A DNA stretch of 63,774 bases, filler included, from Octopus bimaculoides (GCF_001194135.2; 11 parts of 11 records of this genome joined end to end with filler, not necessarily neighbours in it); one strand, 5' to 3'. Shown: positions 49,261 to 62,604, numbered from the whole stretch's first letter. Notes: generated by a model from the sequence alone, not told the origin. Made by a program: numbers and translations.

Positions 49261-50042
49261 TAGGAGTAAAATACATTTAGTGTTTAAAAGGATTACAGAT
49301 ATTACGGAAATTAAGTGGACATATAGGCACAAATTCGTGTAAACCAATTTTGAAAGTTTTCTTTAACTCTCCATGCATTTGTCTGAGCCTTTTAACCGAT
49401 CGCCATTGGCATTTTTTTTACCCTGAAACCTCAAAGATTAGGCAACATATCAATGCATGTAAGTACATATGTATATATATGTCTCTTCTATTTTTTAATT
49501 ATTATAAATTTTCCACTGAGGAGGGAGCCGGTTTCCAAAACAGATACAAGGCCCCATGTTTGGGCTGATTTAGCACAGAGAAATTCAGATTTGGATATTT
49601 TTACTGTTCCACTCACAGATTGGAAAAGCCGGTCAATGTATGTATGTATGTATGTATGGATAAATAAATTCGAGAGCATTTCTGTATATTCTGGAATACG
49701 TCTCAGAGTGTTTGTGTAGATGTTTGTTTGATAAATTTAAATATATTCGTTGTTTGGCTTAAAAAAAAAACATGGTGGTCCTGAGATAAGAATATATCAC
49801 TAAGTAAGTATGTGGGATCTCACAAATCTATACATGTATGCACGCATACATATATCGGTGTCTATATACGTATATATATATATATATATATATATATGCA
49901 TATTTATATATACATACACACTCAAGAACATGACTTCTAAAGTAAAATAGAATCACAAATACTTCTGCCGGGTGCATCCCTCTCATTTATATATCCATTT
50001 GCGTATATGTGATCTAGTGTGGATTTCATGTCCATGTGTCAT

Positions 50043-50100
<58 letters not shown>

Positions 50101-50701
50101 NNNNNNNNNNNNNNNNNNNNNNNNNNNNNNNNNNNNNNNNNNNNNNNNNNNNNNNNNNNNNNNNNNNNNNNNNNNNNNNNNNNNNNNNNNNNNNNNNNNN
50201 NNNNNNNNNNNNNNNNNNNNNNNNNNNNNNNNNNNNNNNNNNNNNNNNNNNNNNNNNNNNNNNNNNNNNNNNNNNNNNNNNNNNNNNNNNNNNNNNNNNN
50301 NNNNNNNNNNNNNNNNNNNNNNNNNNNNNNNNNNNNNNNNNNNNNNNNNNNNNNNNNNNNNNNNNNNNNNNNNNNNNNNNNNNNNNNNNNNNNNNNNNNN
50401 NNNNNNNNNNNNNNNNNNNNNNNNNNNNNNNNNNNNNNNNNNNNNNNNNNNNNNNNNNNNNNNNNNATATATATATACATATATATATATATGCATATAT
50501 ACATATATATATATATATACACGTGTGTTTACATGTAAATAAATATATATCCATGTTACATGTATACAGGTATATTTTTATATACAAATATTACATATTT
50601 GTGTATTTGTTCTTGGCAGCAAATTATATATATATATATACACGCATATGTATGCATGCATAAATACATACATACATACATACATATGTATATAGATATG
50701 T

Positions 50702-50744
<43 letters not shown>

Positions 50745-50899
50745 TAGAGTAAGAGAAAGACAGAGGGAGACAGATAGAAACAGTGAGTGATAAGGCGAGA
50801 AAGAATATAATAGGGAGTGATTCAGGAAGTAGAACGAAGGGCGTTTAATGAGAAATGGCGATCGGACGAATAAGTTTGAATATAAAGTATCATCCATAA

Positions 50900-50931
<32 letters not shown>

Positions 50932-51549
50932 TAATAATAATAATAATAATGATAATAATGATAATGATAATAATGATAATAATAATAACAATAGTAATAA
51001 CAACAATTATTATTATTATTATTNNNNNNNNNNNNNNNNNNNNNNNNNNNNNNNNNNNNNNNNNNNNNNNNNNNNNNNNNNNNNNNNNNNNNNNNNNNNN
51101 NNNNNNNNNNNNNNNNNNNNNNNNNNNNNNNNNNNNNNNNNNNNNNNNNNNNNNNNNNNNNNNNNNNNNNNNNNNNNNNNNNNNNNNNNNNNNNNNNNNN
51201 NNNNNNNNNNNNNNNNNNNNNNNNNNNNNNNNNNNNNNNNNNNNNNNNNNNNNNNNNNNNNNNNNNNNNNNNNNNNNNNNNNNNNNNNNNNNNNNNNNNN
51301 NNNNNNNNNNNNNNNNNNNNNNNNNNNNNNNNNNNNNNNNNNNNNNNNNNNNNNCTTTTTGTTAAACCCTCATGCTCCTGTTTGTTTTTTTTTTCTCTTT
51401 GTACGAAAGGAGAGGGATTGCAATTCGTTCACAGTGTTATTGTTTATTCCTGTGATTTTGTTGTAGGCATTACGTTGTTTTTTTTCATGTTGTTTTAAGT
51501 TTTATTTATGGGTTTTTTTTTTACTATAATTTTATTTTCTATTCTCTCA

Positions 51550-51605
<56 letters not shown>

Positions 51606-51953
51606 TGCAAAAAAAAAAGGATCCCAGAGTAATCCCATCATCTTGGGGTTTCATTTATCACCGTTTTTGTGTGTCAGTGCTACATGGAAGAAGAAAATGA
51701 ATTGCCTGGAATAATTTTGCCAACTAGCCAGAAAACAATAATAAAACACATGAAGAAAAAAAACCAAAATCAACATCAAAAATAAATTCATAAATAATAA
51801 TAATGATAACAACAACAACAACAATAATAATAAGTAAGATAAAATAAAAATAAATTACATTTTGAAATGGCAACGGTAATAAGTAAACATGATATAACAC
51901 AAGAATATTAACATAACGTACAAAACAATATGATAAAGCTTTCGAAACGCAAT

Positions 51954-51985
<32 letters not shown>

Positions 51986-51986
51986 C

Positions 51987-52062
<76 letters not shown>

Positions 52063-52224
52063 GGAGGAGGAAAGGAAGAACAGGACGTAGGAGAGGGAGA
52101 AGAATTAAAGAAGTATGGAAACTAGACATCTCTAAAACTCTTCGCCTACTACTACTGCTACTGCCACCACTACTACTACCACTACTATTACTACCACTAC
52201 AACAACCACCACCACCACCACCTT

Positions 52225-52265
<41 letters not shown>

Positions 52266-52294
52266 ATAATGGTATTAATAATAATAATATTGGT

Positions 52295-52432
52295 GTGAAA
52301 TTTTGCTTTGGGGGAGTGGGGGAGTCGATTACATCGACACTAGTGCTTGACTGATACTCATTTTATCAATCCCAATGTGATGAAAGGCAAAGTCAACCGT
52401 TACTGAATTTGAACTCAAAACTCAAAGACAGA
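52295..52432 (-). mobile_element. SINE family B fragment
   Basis: GAGTCGATTACATCGAC...GAAAGGCAAAGTCAAC...GAATTTGAACTCA. Confidence 0.75.
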
Positions 52433-52489
52433 CGTATATGTATGTATATATATATATATATATATATNNNNNNNNNNNNNNNNTATATA

Positions 52490-52712
52490 TATGTTTGTGT
52501 ATATGTTTGTCTGTGTTTGTCCCCCCCAACTTTGCTCGACAACCGATGCTGGTGTTTTTACGTCCCCGTAACTCAGCTGTTCGGCAAAAAGAAACCGATA
52601 GAATAAGTAGTAGGCTTACAAAGAATAAGTCCTGGGGTCGATTTGCTCGACTAAAGGCGGTGCCCCAGCATGGCCGCTGTCAAATGACTGAAACAAGTAA
52701 AAGAGTAAAGAG
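52490..52712 (+). mobile_element. SINE family C 3' half, young-looking
   Basis: GACAACCGATGCTGGTGT...GAATAAGTCCTGGGGTCGATTTGCTCGACTAAAGGCGGTGC-CCAGCATGGCCG...AAGTAAAAGAG. Confidence 0.85.
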
Positions 52713-53089
52713 TATGTCTAGTGGGTGTAATTGCGGCTTCGTAGCTGTCACGGTGTTGTGTTTGTCTTAAGTATCAATGAAACCCGAACATCGAACGACG
52801 TAAAGACAATGCTGTTGGAATTCGCTCAACAAGATGTAAATAAACATCCACTTTGCTTGTTGAATCGAATTAATAGCGTTGATTATGAAGCCTCTTCAGG
52901 GTTGAAAATAAATAAGTTTATGTATCTATTGACATTGAGAAAAGATTAGACATCGACAACATGTCAATTATCATCCTATTGTAAGCTTGAAGAAATCGTG
53001 ATTCCTTTAACAAAGAACCATTATTTACGTTTTTTCTTTTCTCTTTTTTTTTTTATATCGATTATTTGTTTTTATTATCATTATTGTTA

Positions 53090-53250
53090 AGGCGACGAGA
53101 TGGCAGAATCGTTAACGCGCTGGACGGAAGGCTTAGTGGTGTTTCGTCCGTCTTTACGTTCTGAGTTCAAATTCCGCCAAGGTCGCCTTTGCTTTCATCC
53201 CTTCGGGATCGATAAGTCAAGTACCAATTGCGTACTGGGGTCGATCTAAC
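53090..53250 (+). mobile_element. SINE family B
   Basis: GGCGACGAGATGGCAGAATCGTTA...TTCTGAGTTCAAATTCCGCC...ACTGGGGTCGAT. Confidence 0.8.
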
Positions 53251-53513
53251 CGTATGTTCTGGACCTGTCTTCGGGCAAATGATTTCTAAAAGGCCCGTCG
53301 AAAAGTCTTTAAATTTCACCTGTTTTAAAACCTTCACGGCAACCAAGAATTTTCCCCGAATTGTTTTGTTGATATCTGACGACGATATTATTAAAGCTAT
53401 GACCTGAGTTTCAAAAAAGTCCTACATTTCTTCTACTGCTGGAAAAAAGATGATCACAATGATGATGATGATGATGATAAGGAAAAATGATCACAATGAT
53501 GAAGTAGAAGAAA

Positions 53514-53563
<50 letters not shown>

Positions 53564-53767
53564 AAACAAGAGAAGGAGCAGGAAGGGCAGAAAGATCGTA
53601 ATAATGACGATGATGGTGATGATGAAGATGATGATGTAGAAGAAGAAGAAGAAGAAGGAGGAGGAGGNNNNNNNNNNNNNNNNNNNNNNNNNNNNNNNNN
53701 NNNNNNNNNNNTTAATTAATTAANNNNNNNNNNNNNNNNNNNNNNNNNNNNNNNNNNNNNNNNNNNN

Positions 53768-53910
53768 GGATAACATCAGTGGTGTGGAGAGGGGAGGCTG
53801 GTATGCATGGGTTACTGTTGGTTTTCCATAAAACAATCTTGCCCGGACTTGTGCCTAGGAGGATAACTTTCTTGGTGCAATCCCATGGACAGTCATGAAC
53901 GAAGGAAGGC
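53768..53910 (+). mobile_element. SINE family D 3' part
   Basis: GGATAACATCAGTGGTGTGGAGAGGGGAG..TGGTATGCATGG, as at 30472-30600. Confidence 0.8.
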
Positions 53911-53946
53911 TCAGCATATTATATATATATTATATATACAGTTTAT

Positions 53947-53974
53947 ATAGCAGATGTACCTGGCGTTGCTCGGG
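53947..53974 (-). mobile_element. Helitron-like 3' terminus
   Basis: Reverse complement CCCGAGCAACGCCAGGTACATCTGCTAT closely matches the terminus at 12907-12933. Confidence 0.55.
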
Positions 53975-54029
53975 ATTAAAATCACATTTTTTATTGTTTT
54001 ACTTGTGTCGCGACGGCTGAGCACCAACT

Positions 54030-54180
54030 TCAGTCGAAGAAATTGACAACAGGATTCATTCTTTGTAAGCATAGTGCTTATTCTATCGGTGTGTTTTGCA
54101 AAGTTATGGGGAGATAAAGACATCACCATCGGCAGTCAAGTAATGGTGGGGTTACAATCACAGACACAGAAACACACAGA
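54030..54180 (-). mobile_element. SINE family C 3' fragment
   Basis: CAGGA-T-ATTCTTTGTAAGC-TAGTGCTTATTCTATCGGT...CACCATCGG-AGTCAAG. Confidence 0.6.
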
Positions 54181-55888
54181 CACAGACACACACCGTCAAG
54201 TCTGACCTTTCTTTCTTTGTTCGACTACTACCCGTCCAAAATCTATATTCATCCCCAAGCCTGCCATCTCCTCAGTCCCTGCCGTAAGGCTTCATTTCTA
54301 CACAGGCCAGCTTAAATTAATTCGTCCTTAGTCGAAAGACACCTGTTGTTAATGTCCTGTTGTTTGTATTTGTAATTGTGCACCATTTCTCCGCTTTTGT
54401 TTTCGTCCTCGTTTTCGTATACATTCGCTGCTTTCTTCCAAGGAATCTAGAGCTCTTAACTTAGTTTTTCATTGGGGCTGGCCAGATTGGAGCAATCTCG
54501 AGTATAACCAGCCGAAATTGCAAAGATAATCTCCGAATGACCCGTCTTTGATTTTTCTTGTCCTTTTTTTTGTATCATCTGCCTGGATGTTTTGCATTCT
54601 TGTCCCATTTTTTGTATTCCTTTTTATAATATATATATATATATATANNNNNNNNNNNNNNNNNNNNNNNNNNNNNNNNNNNNNNNNNNNNNNNNNNNNN
54701 NNNNNNNNNNNNNNNNNNNNNNNNNNNNNNNNNNNNNNNNNNNNNNNNNNNNNNNNNNNNNNNNNNNNNNNNNNNNNNNNNNNNNNNNNNNNNNNNNNNN
54801 NNNNNNNNNNNNNNNNNNNNNNNNNNNNNNNNNNNNNNNNNNNNNNNNNNNNNNNNNNNNNNNNNNNNNNNNNNNNNNNNNNNNNNNNNNNNNNNNNNNN
54901 NNNNNNNNNNNNNNNNNNNNNNNNNNNNNNNNNNNNNNNNNNNNNNNNNNNNNNNNNNNNNNNNNNNNNNNNNNNNNNNNNNNNNNNNNNNNNNNNNNNN
55001 NNNNNNNNNNNNNNNNNNNNNNNNNNNNNNNNNNNNNNNNNNNNNNNNNNNNNNNNNNNNNNNNNNNNNNNNNNNNNNNNNNNNNNNNNNNNNNNNNNNN
55101 NNNNNNNNNNNNNNNNNNNNNNNNNNNNNNNNNNNNNNNNNNNNNNNNNNNNNNNNNNNNNNNNNNNNNNNNNNNNNNNNNNNNNNNNNNNNNNNNNNNN
55201 NNNNNNNNNNNNNNNNNNNNNNNNNNNNNNNNNNNNNNNNNNNNNNNNNNNNNNNNNNNNNNNNNNNNNNTATATATATATATATGCATATATATCCATG
55301 TATATAAATACATATAAATAAACACCATATATGATATATAAATAACAAATGAAATAGAGGAGATGAAACATACGAGAATATATTATTAATCACAGCTATT
55401 GTTTCGACACATCTAGCATCGACTCCTCTTGTGGGACACACAAAAACTGGCCCAGGAGTATCCGGTGTTGCCGACGTATCTCGTCGGGTGATGAATAAAT
55501 AAAAAAAAAAAACTCGTTAAAATGACTGCTCCTTAATGCAACTTTCCGTTTCGTAGAGAGAAAAACAGTTAGATAGAGGAAAATTCTTCATATATATAGA
55601 AGACCCAAAAATATATTTGCAGAAGCCAAAAAGAGAAACGAACACTTAATCTAGCAAGAAAAGTATTGAAAATAACCGTTAACAGCTATGTATGTACAAA
55701 CGCCCTCGGGCAAGCTGCATGGCACGAGTACACACGAATTTTACTTCAGGAATTGACATTTGGTGCATGGGAGAGTTTGATGCAGCTGNNNNNNNNNNNN
55801 NNNNNNNNNNNNNNNNNNNNNNNNNNNNNNNNTTAATTAATTAANNNNNNNNNNNNNNNNNNNNNNNNNNNNNNNNNNNNNNNNNNNN

Positions 55889-56008
55889 ACAAGATGCTCA
55901 TCTTTCTAAACGGTTACAATAATTTCAAAGAGGCCTTTATCACCAACCCGGATCTTTTTACGAACAAGGCAAGCACTTTTATAACCGAGAAACTTGGCCA
56001 AGGAAAAG
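55889..56008 (+). CDS. Cytochrome P450 (CYP2-clan-like) internal exon, 5' part lost at a contig spacer
   Basis: Translation KMLIFLNGYNNFKEAFITNPDLFTNKASTFITEKLGQGK(G) fits the VVLNGY..IKEAF.....F..RP........G.G segment before helix C. It ends at a phase-1 AG/GTAAAA donor (56009). Confidence 0.75.
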
Positions 56009-56052
56009 GTAAAATTTACAATTTCTTATCTTTTATTTATTACAACGAGTTA

Positions 56053-56265
56053 GAAGGTGACGAACTGGCAGAACCGTTTGCTCGACGAGTAAAATGCTTA
56101 GCGGTATTTCGTCCGTCTTTACTTTTCTGAATTCAAATTTCGCCGAAGTCGACTTTGCCTTTCATCCTTTCGGACTCGATAAATTAAGTACCGGTCAAGC
56201 ACTGGGGTTCGATGTAATCGACTATCCCTCTCGCCTCAAATTCTAGGTCTTGTACCCTACTCAAT
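56053..56265 (+). mobile_element. SINE family B (followed by two decayed B-like pieces to ~56590)
   Basis: GAACTGGCAGAACCGTT...AAATGCTTAGCGGTATTTCGTCCGTCTTTAC...GTCGACTTTGCCTTTCATCCTTTCGG...CGATGTAATCGACT. Confidence 0.85.
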
Positions 56266-56775
56266 ATTTGACCCCTAATACTTGCTGGTCGAAGCACCAG
56301 TCAAAAACTGGAGCAATTTAATCGACCAACCACTTTGCCGAAATTTCTGCAAGTCTGTGCATGTGTCAAAAAATTGTCGGACAAAGACACGACAGTCTTC
56401 TGGCTCCTTACTTCTGAGTTCAATTCCCGCCCAGTTCGAATTCAGCTTTCGTTCTTCTAGAGTCGATAAGTGAAGAACTTGTAAATGGCAGTGCACATCT
56501 GTAGCGGAATTGTTAAAAAGTCGAATGTGATACCCTACGATATTTGTTCTCTTTTACATTTCTGAGTTCAAATCCTGCCGTGTAGTACATGAAGTGGGGA
56601 ACGAGAGTAGTAGAAAGGTAGACTAAATCCGTCGTCCAGCTTAGACCACCACCTGGATCTCCCCCCCCCCTATTATTCTTGGAGGTTCTGTTAAAGATTT
56701 GTAGGTATTGCACTTCCTGATTAAAGGATAAAAGTTCGAGCGACCATGTAGAGAGGATTCCCCCTTGGGTGTTGT

Positions 56776-56841
56776 CAGTAGCGTAATGCCGGTTGGGGTG
56801 GGGCACCGCAGAGGGGTGCCAAAACCCACGCTACGCCTCTG
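56776..56841. mobile_element. Tiny PIF/Harbinger-like MITE
   Basis: Termini CAGTAGCGTA and TACGCCTCTG (imperfect inverted repeats) around a GC-rich internal hairpin GGCACC...GGTGCC. Confidence 0.45.
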
Positions 56842-57075
56842 GCTGCTGCTGCTGCTGTTAATTTTTTATATTTGTGGTATTCGACGATTTTTTTTAAAAG
56901 TTTTATTTTTCCAAATCTCTCTATCTTTATCTCACTCTTTATTTCTATCTCTCTACCTCTATCTCTTTCTCCCTATCCCTCTTTTTCTCTATCTCTCTTA
57001 TTTTCTCTCTTTCTCATTCTCTCTTCCTCGCTTTGTGTATATATATTCTATATTTAATATATATGTGTGTGTATG

Positions 57076-57127
<52 letters not shown>

Positions 57128-57131
<4 letters not shown>

Positions 57132-57532
57132 ACTTGTTTCAGTCATTTAATTGAGGCCATGCTGGGGCATCGCCTTGAAGTGTTTTATGTGAACAAATCG
57201 ACCCCAGGATTTATTTTTTAAAAGCGTAGCGCTTATTCTTTCCTCCTCTTTTGCCGAACCGCTAAGTTACGGGGGCGTAAACACACCAACACCAGTTGTC
57301 AAGTGGTGCTGGAGGGACAAACGCGGGCACAAAGACACACACACACATACACACACAAACATATATATACAACGGGCTTTTTTCGGTTTCCGTCTACCAA
57401 ATCCACTGACAAGGCTTTGCTCGGCTCGATGCTATAGTAGAAGACACTTGCCCAAGTTGCCAAGCAATGGGACTGAACCTGGAACCATGTGGTTGGGAAG
57501 CAAGTTTCTTACCACACAGTCACACCTGCGCC
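57128..57532 (-). mobile_element. SINE family C, full length
   Basis: Complete head (CACCTGCGCC), CORE-like GACACTTGCCCAAG, central (CA)n and tail. Confidence 0.88.
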
Positions 57533-57905
57533 TAGCCATCTAGCTAGCTATCTATCTGTCTATCTCTCTCAGTGCTGCATTGAGGTATAGACACATCACG
57601 CAGAATGTCCAGATAGCTCAGGGTACTAAGTGGCCCAGTACTAATCTCTGTATGCTGTAATTTAGTGTATATGTAGGGCCCCCAGTGCATTGCTTTGCTT
57701 TGGGGATCCTATATTACTGTCATGACAGCCGCTGTGTGTGCGTGCACGTTAGCTTGTTTACATCCTTCGTTCTCACTGTCATTCTGTTTTATATTTTTCT
57801 GTTCATTCAATCCAACATTTTATAATTGGTTGTATATCTCTCTGCTTCTACTACAGATACTCATTTGTATATTTTTTTCAATCCTTCCACTTGCATCTTT
57901 ATCCA

Positions 57906-57973
<68 letters not shown>

Positions 57974-58570
57974 NNNNNNNNNNNNNNNNNNNNNNNNNNN
58001 NNNNNNNNNNNNNNNNNTTAATTAATTAANNNNNNNNNNNNNNNNNNNNNNNNNNNNNNNNNNNNNNNNNNNNATATATATACGCACACGCATGTATACA
58101 CGTCTGTGGATGTGTTATACAAACATGTAAACATGTATAAGCGAGAAGATGGCGGTGCACCGTTGCATGCTGTTAGTAATTTTGATTCAGTTGATATTTG
58201 TCCGTTCATTTGGTACAGTAATCTATATATTTTGCTTGTTTCTAAATAACGTTCCAATGACCGGTTAGGCGGTGGTGGGGTTATTTGTATTACTTTAAAG
58301 TATAGGAAAGACATCAACACTTCTCGTAAGAAAGCAAATTAATTCAACGAGACAACCGCTCTTGGTGCATAATTTCGAGAGAAAATACAAACAATTATAA
58401 TAACCACAATGTAAAAATGTAGTCCTAAAACAGAACTCAAGTGATTTTATTAAAAGTTATAAACAGCAATGCTTATTCGAAGGCGCGATAGCAACTTCTA
58501 GCAACTTCCGTTTTGAGAAATATGATAATAGAATAGTTATCGTTACGTTTTTGTATGTAACTAAGTGTCC

Positions 58571-58631
<61 letters not shown>

Positions 58632-58779
58632 ATATAAGCGATTGGATTGTAGGAAGTCACTATCGGTACTTACATATATGTGTGCGCACTTGTGTGTACA
58701 CGTCTTAGCACGCATCGGTGAGTGTATAATGTATGTATATATGAATGTAGGTATATATGTATGTAGGTATATATGTACG

Positions 58780-58841
<62 letters not shown>

Positions 58842-58883
58842 GATGCATGTATATATAAATATATGTATGTTTATATATATAAC

Positions 58884-58959
58884 GATGACCACTAAAGTGG
58901 ACATTTAATGTGCTTGTGATCTACTCATAGCACGTTAAATGTCCACTTTAGTGGTCATC
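58884..58959. repeat. Near-perfect palindrome (~31-bp arms) in a TA-rich tract
   Basis: GATGACCACTAAAGTGGACATTTAA-GTGCT ... AGCAC-TTAAATGTCCACTTTAGTGGTCATC. Confidence 0.9.
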
Positions 58960-60760
58960 TTTATATATAAACATATACCTTAATCCCCTAAGATCTCAGA
59001 TATTTTTTCTGAATCTCTCTGATTTGTTAAATGTGCTGGCTTCCTGGTAATAAATCGATATTAATTAATATCTGATTTTTTACACTATCGTTTAATTTAA
59101 ATATATGTATGTATATATAAACAATATATATATATATGCATGTACTTATACCTAATATATATATATTTATGTATGTAACTCCAAATCAATCCTTTTCCTG
59201 AAGCTTTTCTCACCTGAAGTTTCTATATGACACACTGATTGACATGACATCTGATATGGTGCACATATTCTATAACAATGGTTAATATTCCAAGATTTCT
59301 TTTGACTCCGCACCAACGAAGTTAACGTCTTTTCGGACACCTGCTATTTGTGCATCAACAATTCACCTCGTGTCTCCTTGCTTTATCTACTTCTGATTAA
59401 TTATGACTTAATTTCTTGTTAATTATTTTCTTTCACATAGTCTTTCTCCTGCAAATTTCTTCCCCAGCGGTTGAAATTAATTCGTCTTTTACAAAGACCA
59501 AGTTTCATTCAAGTTTTGTTTTCCTTTTTAATATCTATTTTTCTTATTTCTGTTTGGTTTATACTTTAATTCCTTCCAGTACTAAATGTTGCTGTTTATT
59601 TGTTTATAAAACCACAAAACTGATAGTCTTCTGGAGATTAACGATCTTTTCTCCGATTTCTGAATCTAAGCCAGCATTTGATTCTAATTTTGTCTTTGCG
59701 TATTTCTTTACTAGTTTAGTTAAACTATTAGAAAGTATTCAGAGTGAATTCCAGTTATATTCAAACTTTACCTTCAGAGTACCATTCAATAGACTCTTGA
59801 ATCTATTTATTTAGCAAACATGCTTTTATTTCCCAAAGCGTTCACTCATTATTCCTTTTTAAATATCCACTCCCGTATCTTTTGTCACTGTCAATACCAA
59901 CGCAGTAGAGCTCTTATGAATGCTAGTCACGTGTTCTCTGTCTTGCAACGAGAGTTTTAAAAGCAAAATAAGGTTTACATTAAACATTTCATTATGAATA
60001 CATGGCAAATGTTTACATTCCATATTTACATACTCATAACGTTCATTTTAACGAAGGTGCCATACTATCACAGGCAGCAGGATGTCAAAAGTTTATCTTA
60101 TTTCGTGGTAATATAGTAGCGGTCAGACACTAAAGGATTGTCACTCTGGTCTTAGCAAGTGCATTCTCAAACAAGTGTGAGCGTTTACTCACACTTGGAA
60201 ACTGCTTTTGCTTTTATCGAAAGCATTTCAGTCATCAACACTCATCTTACATTCCACAAATGTTACTTTATGATATAAATACTTTACTTGGCAAAACTTT
60301 AACACAGACTGAAATATTTCCATATATATTTTTTCGTTCTATTTATGCAGCTATTAGAAAAATCTATATTTTTATATTATACCAATTTATTGCAATTACG
60401 TAAGTCATTACTGAGTAAATATATTCAAAATGCGCTTTACTTTATAATTAAGTTTCCATCTGTAACTATCAGAAGAAAGATTATGTTTACATTTGCCGAT
60501 GTGTTTTTCTTAGACTCATAATAGATGTTGTCGTGTCCAATTACTTTGTCTGGAGTGACATTTTGCCAGGTGATTCCATGTACGAGACGAATAATGCAAA
60601 CGTATTGAATAATAGATTTTTTCAATTAATGTGATCAGATGAATAACATGTTACTTGACAAAGCTAATAGTTGCGGTATTAAATCTAGAGATTTAATTCA
60701 ATAATATATCATAACTAAATGTCTCTGTATAACGAGGGGTGATATGTCATTCGTGTGCTT

Positions 60761-60814
<54 letters not shown>

Positions 60815-60964
60815 GTATGTACGTATATAGGATGGACTCTCCCGTCGAAGAACGCGTCTAAGCTTTCAGTTTGTCGCCGAACGACCACCACAAATGATCT
60901 GTTTTATAGTTATCAAATGTTCGCGCCGCACATTAAATCACTGCCTCCATCAAATCAACGTTAC

Positions 60965-61035
60965 CTGGACAGGTGCTGGGACAGGTGCTGGGACAGGTGC
61001 TGGGACAGGTGCTGGGATAGGTGCTGGGACAGGTG
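60965..61035. repeat. 12-bp tandem repeat CTGGGACAGGTG x6
   Basis: Direct reading; first unit 11 bp, fifth unit carries a C-to-T change. Confidence 0.95.
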
Positions 61036-61064
61036 TGCCATGCGTCAGGTGTCGAAGTAATCGC

Positions 61065-61160
61065 AGAGCAATGTGAGGTGAAGTATTTTGCTTAAGAATA
61101 TTACACACCACCCGGTCTAGGAATTGAAATCACGATCGCTAGATCGTCGGTGCAAAGCCT
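61065..61160 (-). mobile_element. SINE family D head fragment
   Basis: GAAGTATTTTGCT-AAGAA...CCCGGTCTAGGAATTGAAA-CACGATC. Confidence 0.6.
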
Positions 61161-61224
61161 ACACACACATATATATGTACATATACATGCAGGATGTAAA
61201 TAGACACCTTTAATTTTCAAAATC

Positions 61225-61460
61225 TTTAATTTGATATTAATTGGTTGAAGGAGAGGTTTTCTTCTAGCTGCTTGCCCAAGCTTATGCAGATATGTAACAC
61301 ACGTTCTTGGACTAATCTCTAGTTGTTTTGCAATGTCAGAAGCCCTCGAACGGGGTTCGTTTTCCACAATTCTCTTCAAACAGCGAAGCTTCCTTTCCAA
61401 GGACCCAGGTCGACCGAGATGAGAATCTGTTGATTCTTTTCCTTGGCTTTTGAATTGCAC
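61225..61460 (-). pseudogene. Tc1-family transposase N-terminal DNA-binding remnant
   Basis: ORF 61101-61460 reads GRP...RCLKRIVENEPRSRASDIAKQLEISPRTCVTYLHKLG..ARRKPLL..NIK, the Tc1 GRP-HTH-ARRKPLL pattern with an internal deletion. Confidence 0.85.
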
Positions 61461-61971
61461 TATAATTCTATTAATAGTAGCAAGAGGAAATTGATGATTT
61501 TCGGCAATGTTTCGCTGTTTAAGATTAGCCTCAGATTGTCAAACAGAAAAACAGATCGTCAAAAAGAAATATAACATGAAACTAGTAGTAGCTTTTTTGT
61601 ACTTTTTTGTACATATAACATATAGATGTGTGCGTGTGTGCGCGTGCATGTATCTAAATCTGTGTGTATGTGTGTGAGCTTACATGCACACACACACACG
61701 CATATGTATATACATATATATATATATTTATTTATTTATTTATTTATTTATATTAAGGGCATTACTATACATAAATGCTTCACGCTAGGAGGGACGCTTT
61801 AAGTCAAAACTACCATAATAAACACATAAATAAATATATTTATAGGGAATAATTAATAATTTTTCCCTTATGAGCTTTTTCCACGCTAAGTACTTGATAA
61901 ATTCTTCTAAAGATTTTATCCTATATTTAAATTGTACATAAATAGATAGATAGATAGATAGATAGATAGAC

Positions 61972-62039
<68 letters not shown>

Positions 62040-62242
62040 GGATGGAAAAATAGAAAGATGGATGGATAGATGGATAGATAAATAGACACAGACGGTTAAC
62101 AGAATGGATTGTTCGACATTTTTTATTTCATGTCACATTGCATAGCAAATAACAAGCTTTGTACCCACATTTTTATAGAACTATACATACGCACACACAC
62201 ACATGCACGTACACACACCTACACATACACACACCTACACAT

Positions 62243-62280
<38 letters not shown>

Positions 62281-62456
62281 GCACATGTCACTCTAAACTA
62301 TGACGTAATATATTATATACACATATACTATACATATACATACATACATACAGTTATATATGTAAGTATATATACATTTATAGATAGATAAATTGATAGA
62401 TAGATAATAGATATAGATTTACATATATACATATCATACACACATACATACATATA

Positions 62457-62504
<48 letters not shown>

Positions 62505-62604
62505 NNNNNNNNNNNNNNNNNNNNNNNNNNNNNNNNNNNNNNNNNNNNTTAATTAATTAANNNNNNNNNNNNNNNNNNNNNNNNNNNNNNNNNNNNNNNN
62601 NNNN

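Noticed and set aside
49511-49552. Hammerhead-like CTGAGGA-GGGA...TTCC-AAAA
   Set aside because: GAAA is replaced by AAAA, and neither stem I nor stem III forms; at most a decayed relic.
9692-55441. Long ORFs in the supplied track (e.g. 487, 516, 489 aa) and poly-HT/YI/CV/I ORFs
   Set aside because: They are open only because they run through N gaps or dinucleotide/trinucleotide microsatellites.
39473-56008. Protease and P450 exons as one gene or a functional cluster
   Set aside because: They are separated by five artificial contig joins, and the two domain families are unrelated.
59200-59900. Possible ancient RTE-like ORF2 on the minus strand
   Set aside because: Purine-rich composition suggests it, but no motif survives intact.
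60755-61076. ORFs with (WDRC)n or (GAGT)n peptide repeats
   Set aside because: Produced by a 12-bp tandem repeat; the ORFs start in (TA)n and have no splice or homology support.
31945-62560. Recurrent TTAATTAATTAA motif as a CRISPR-like or biological repeat
   Set aside because: Always centred between two 44-N runs; an assembly linker.
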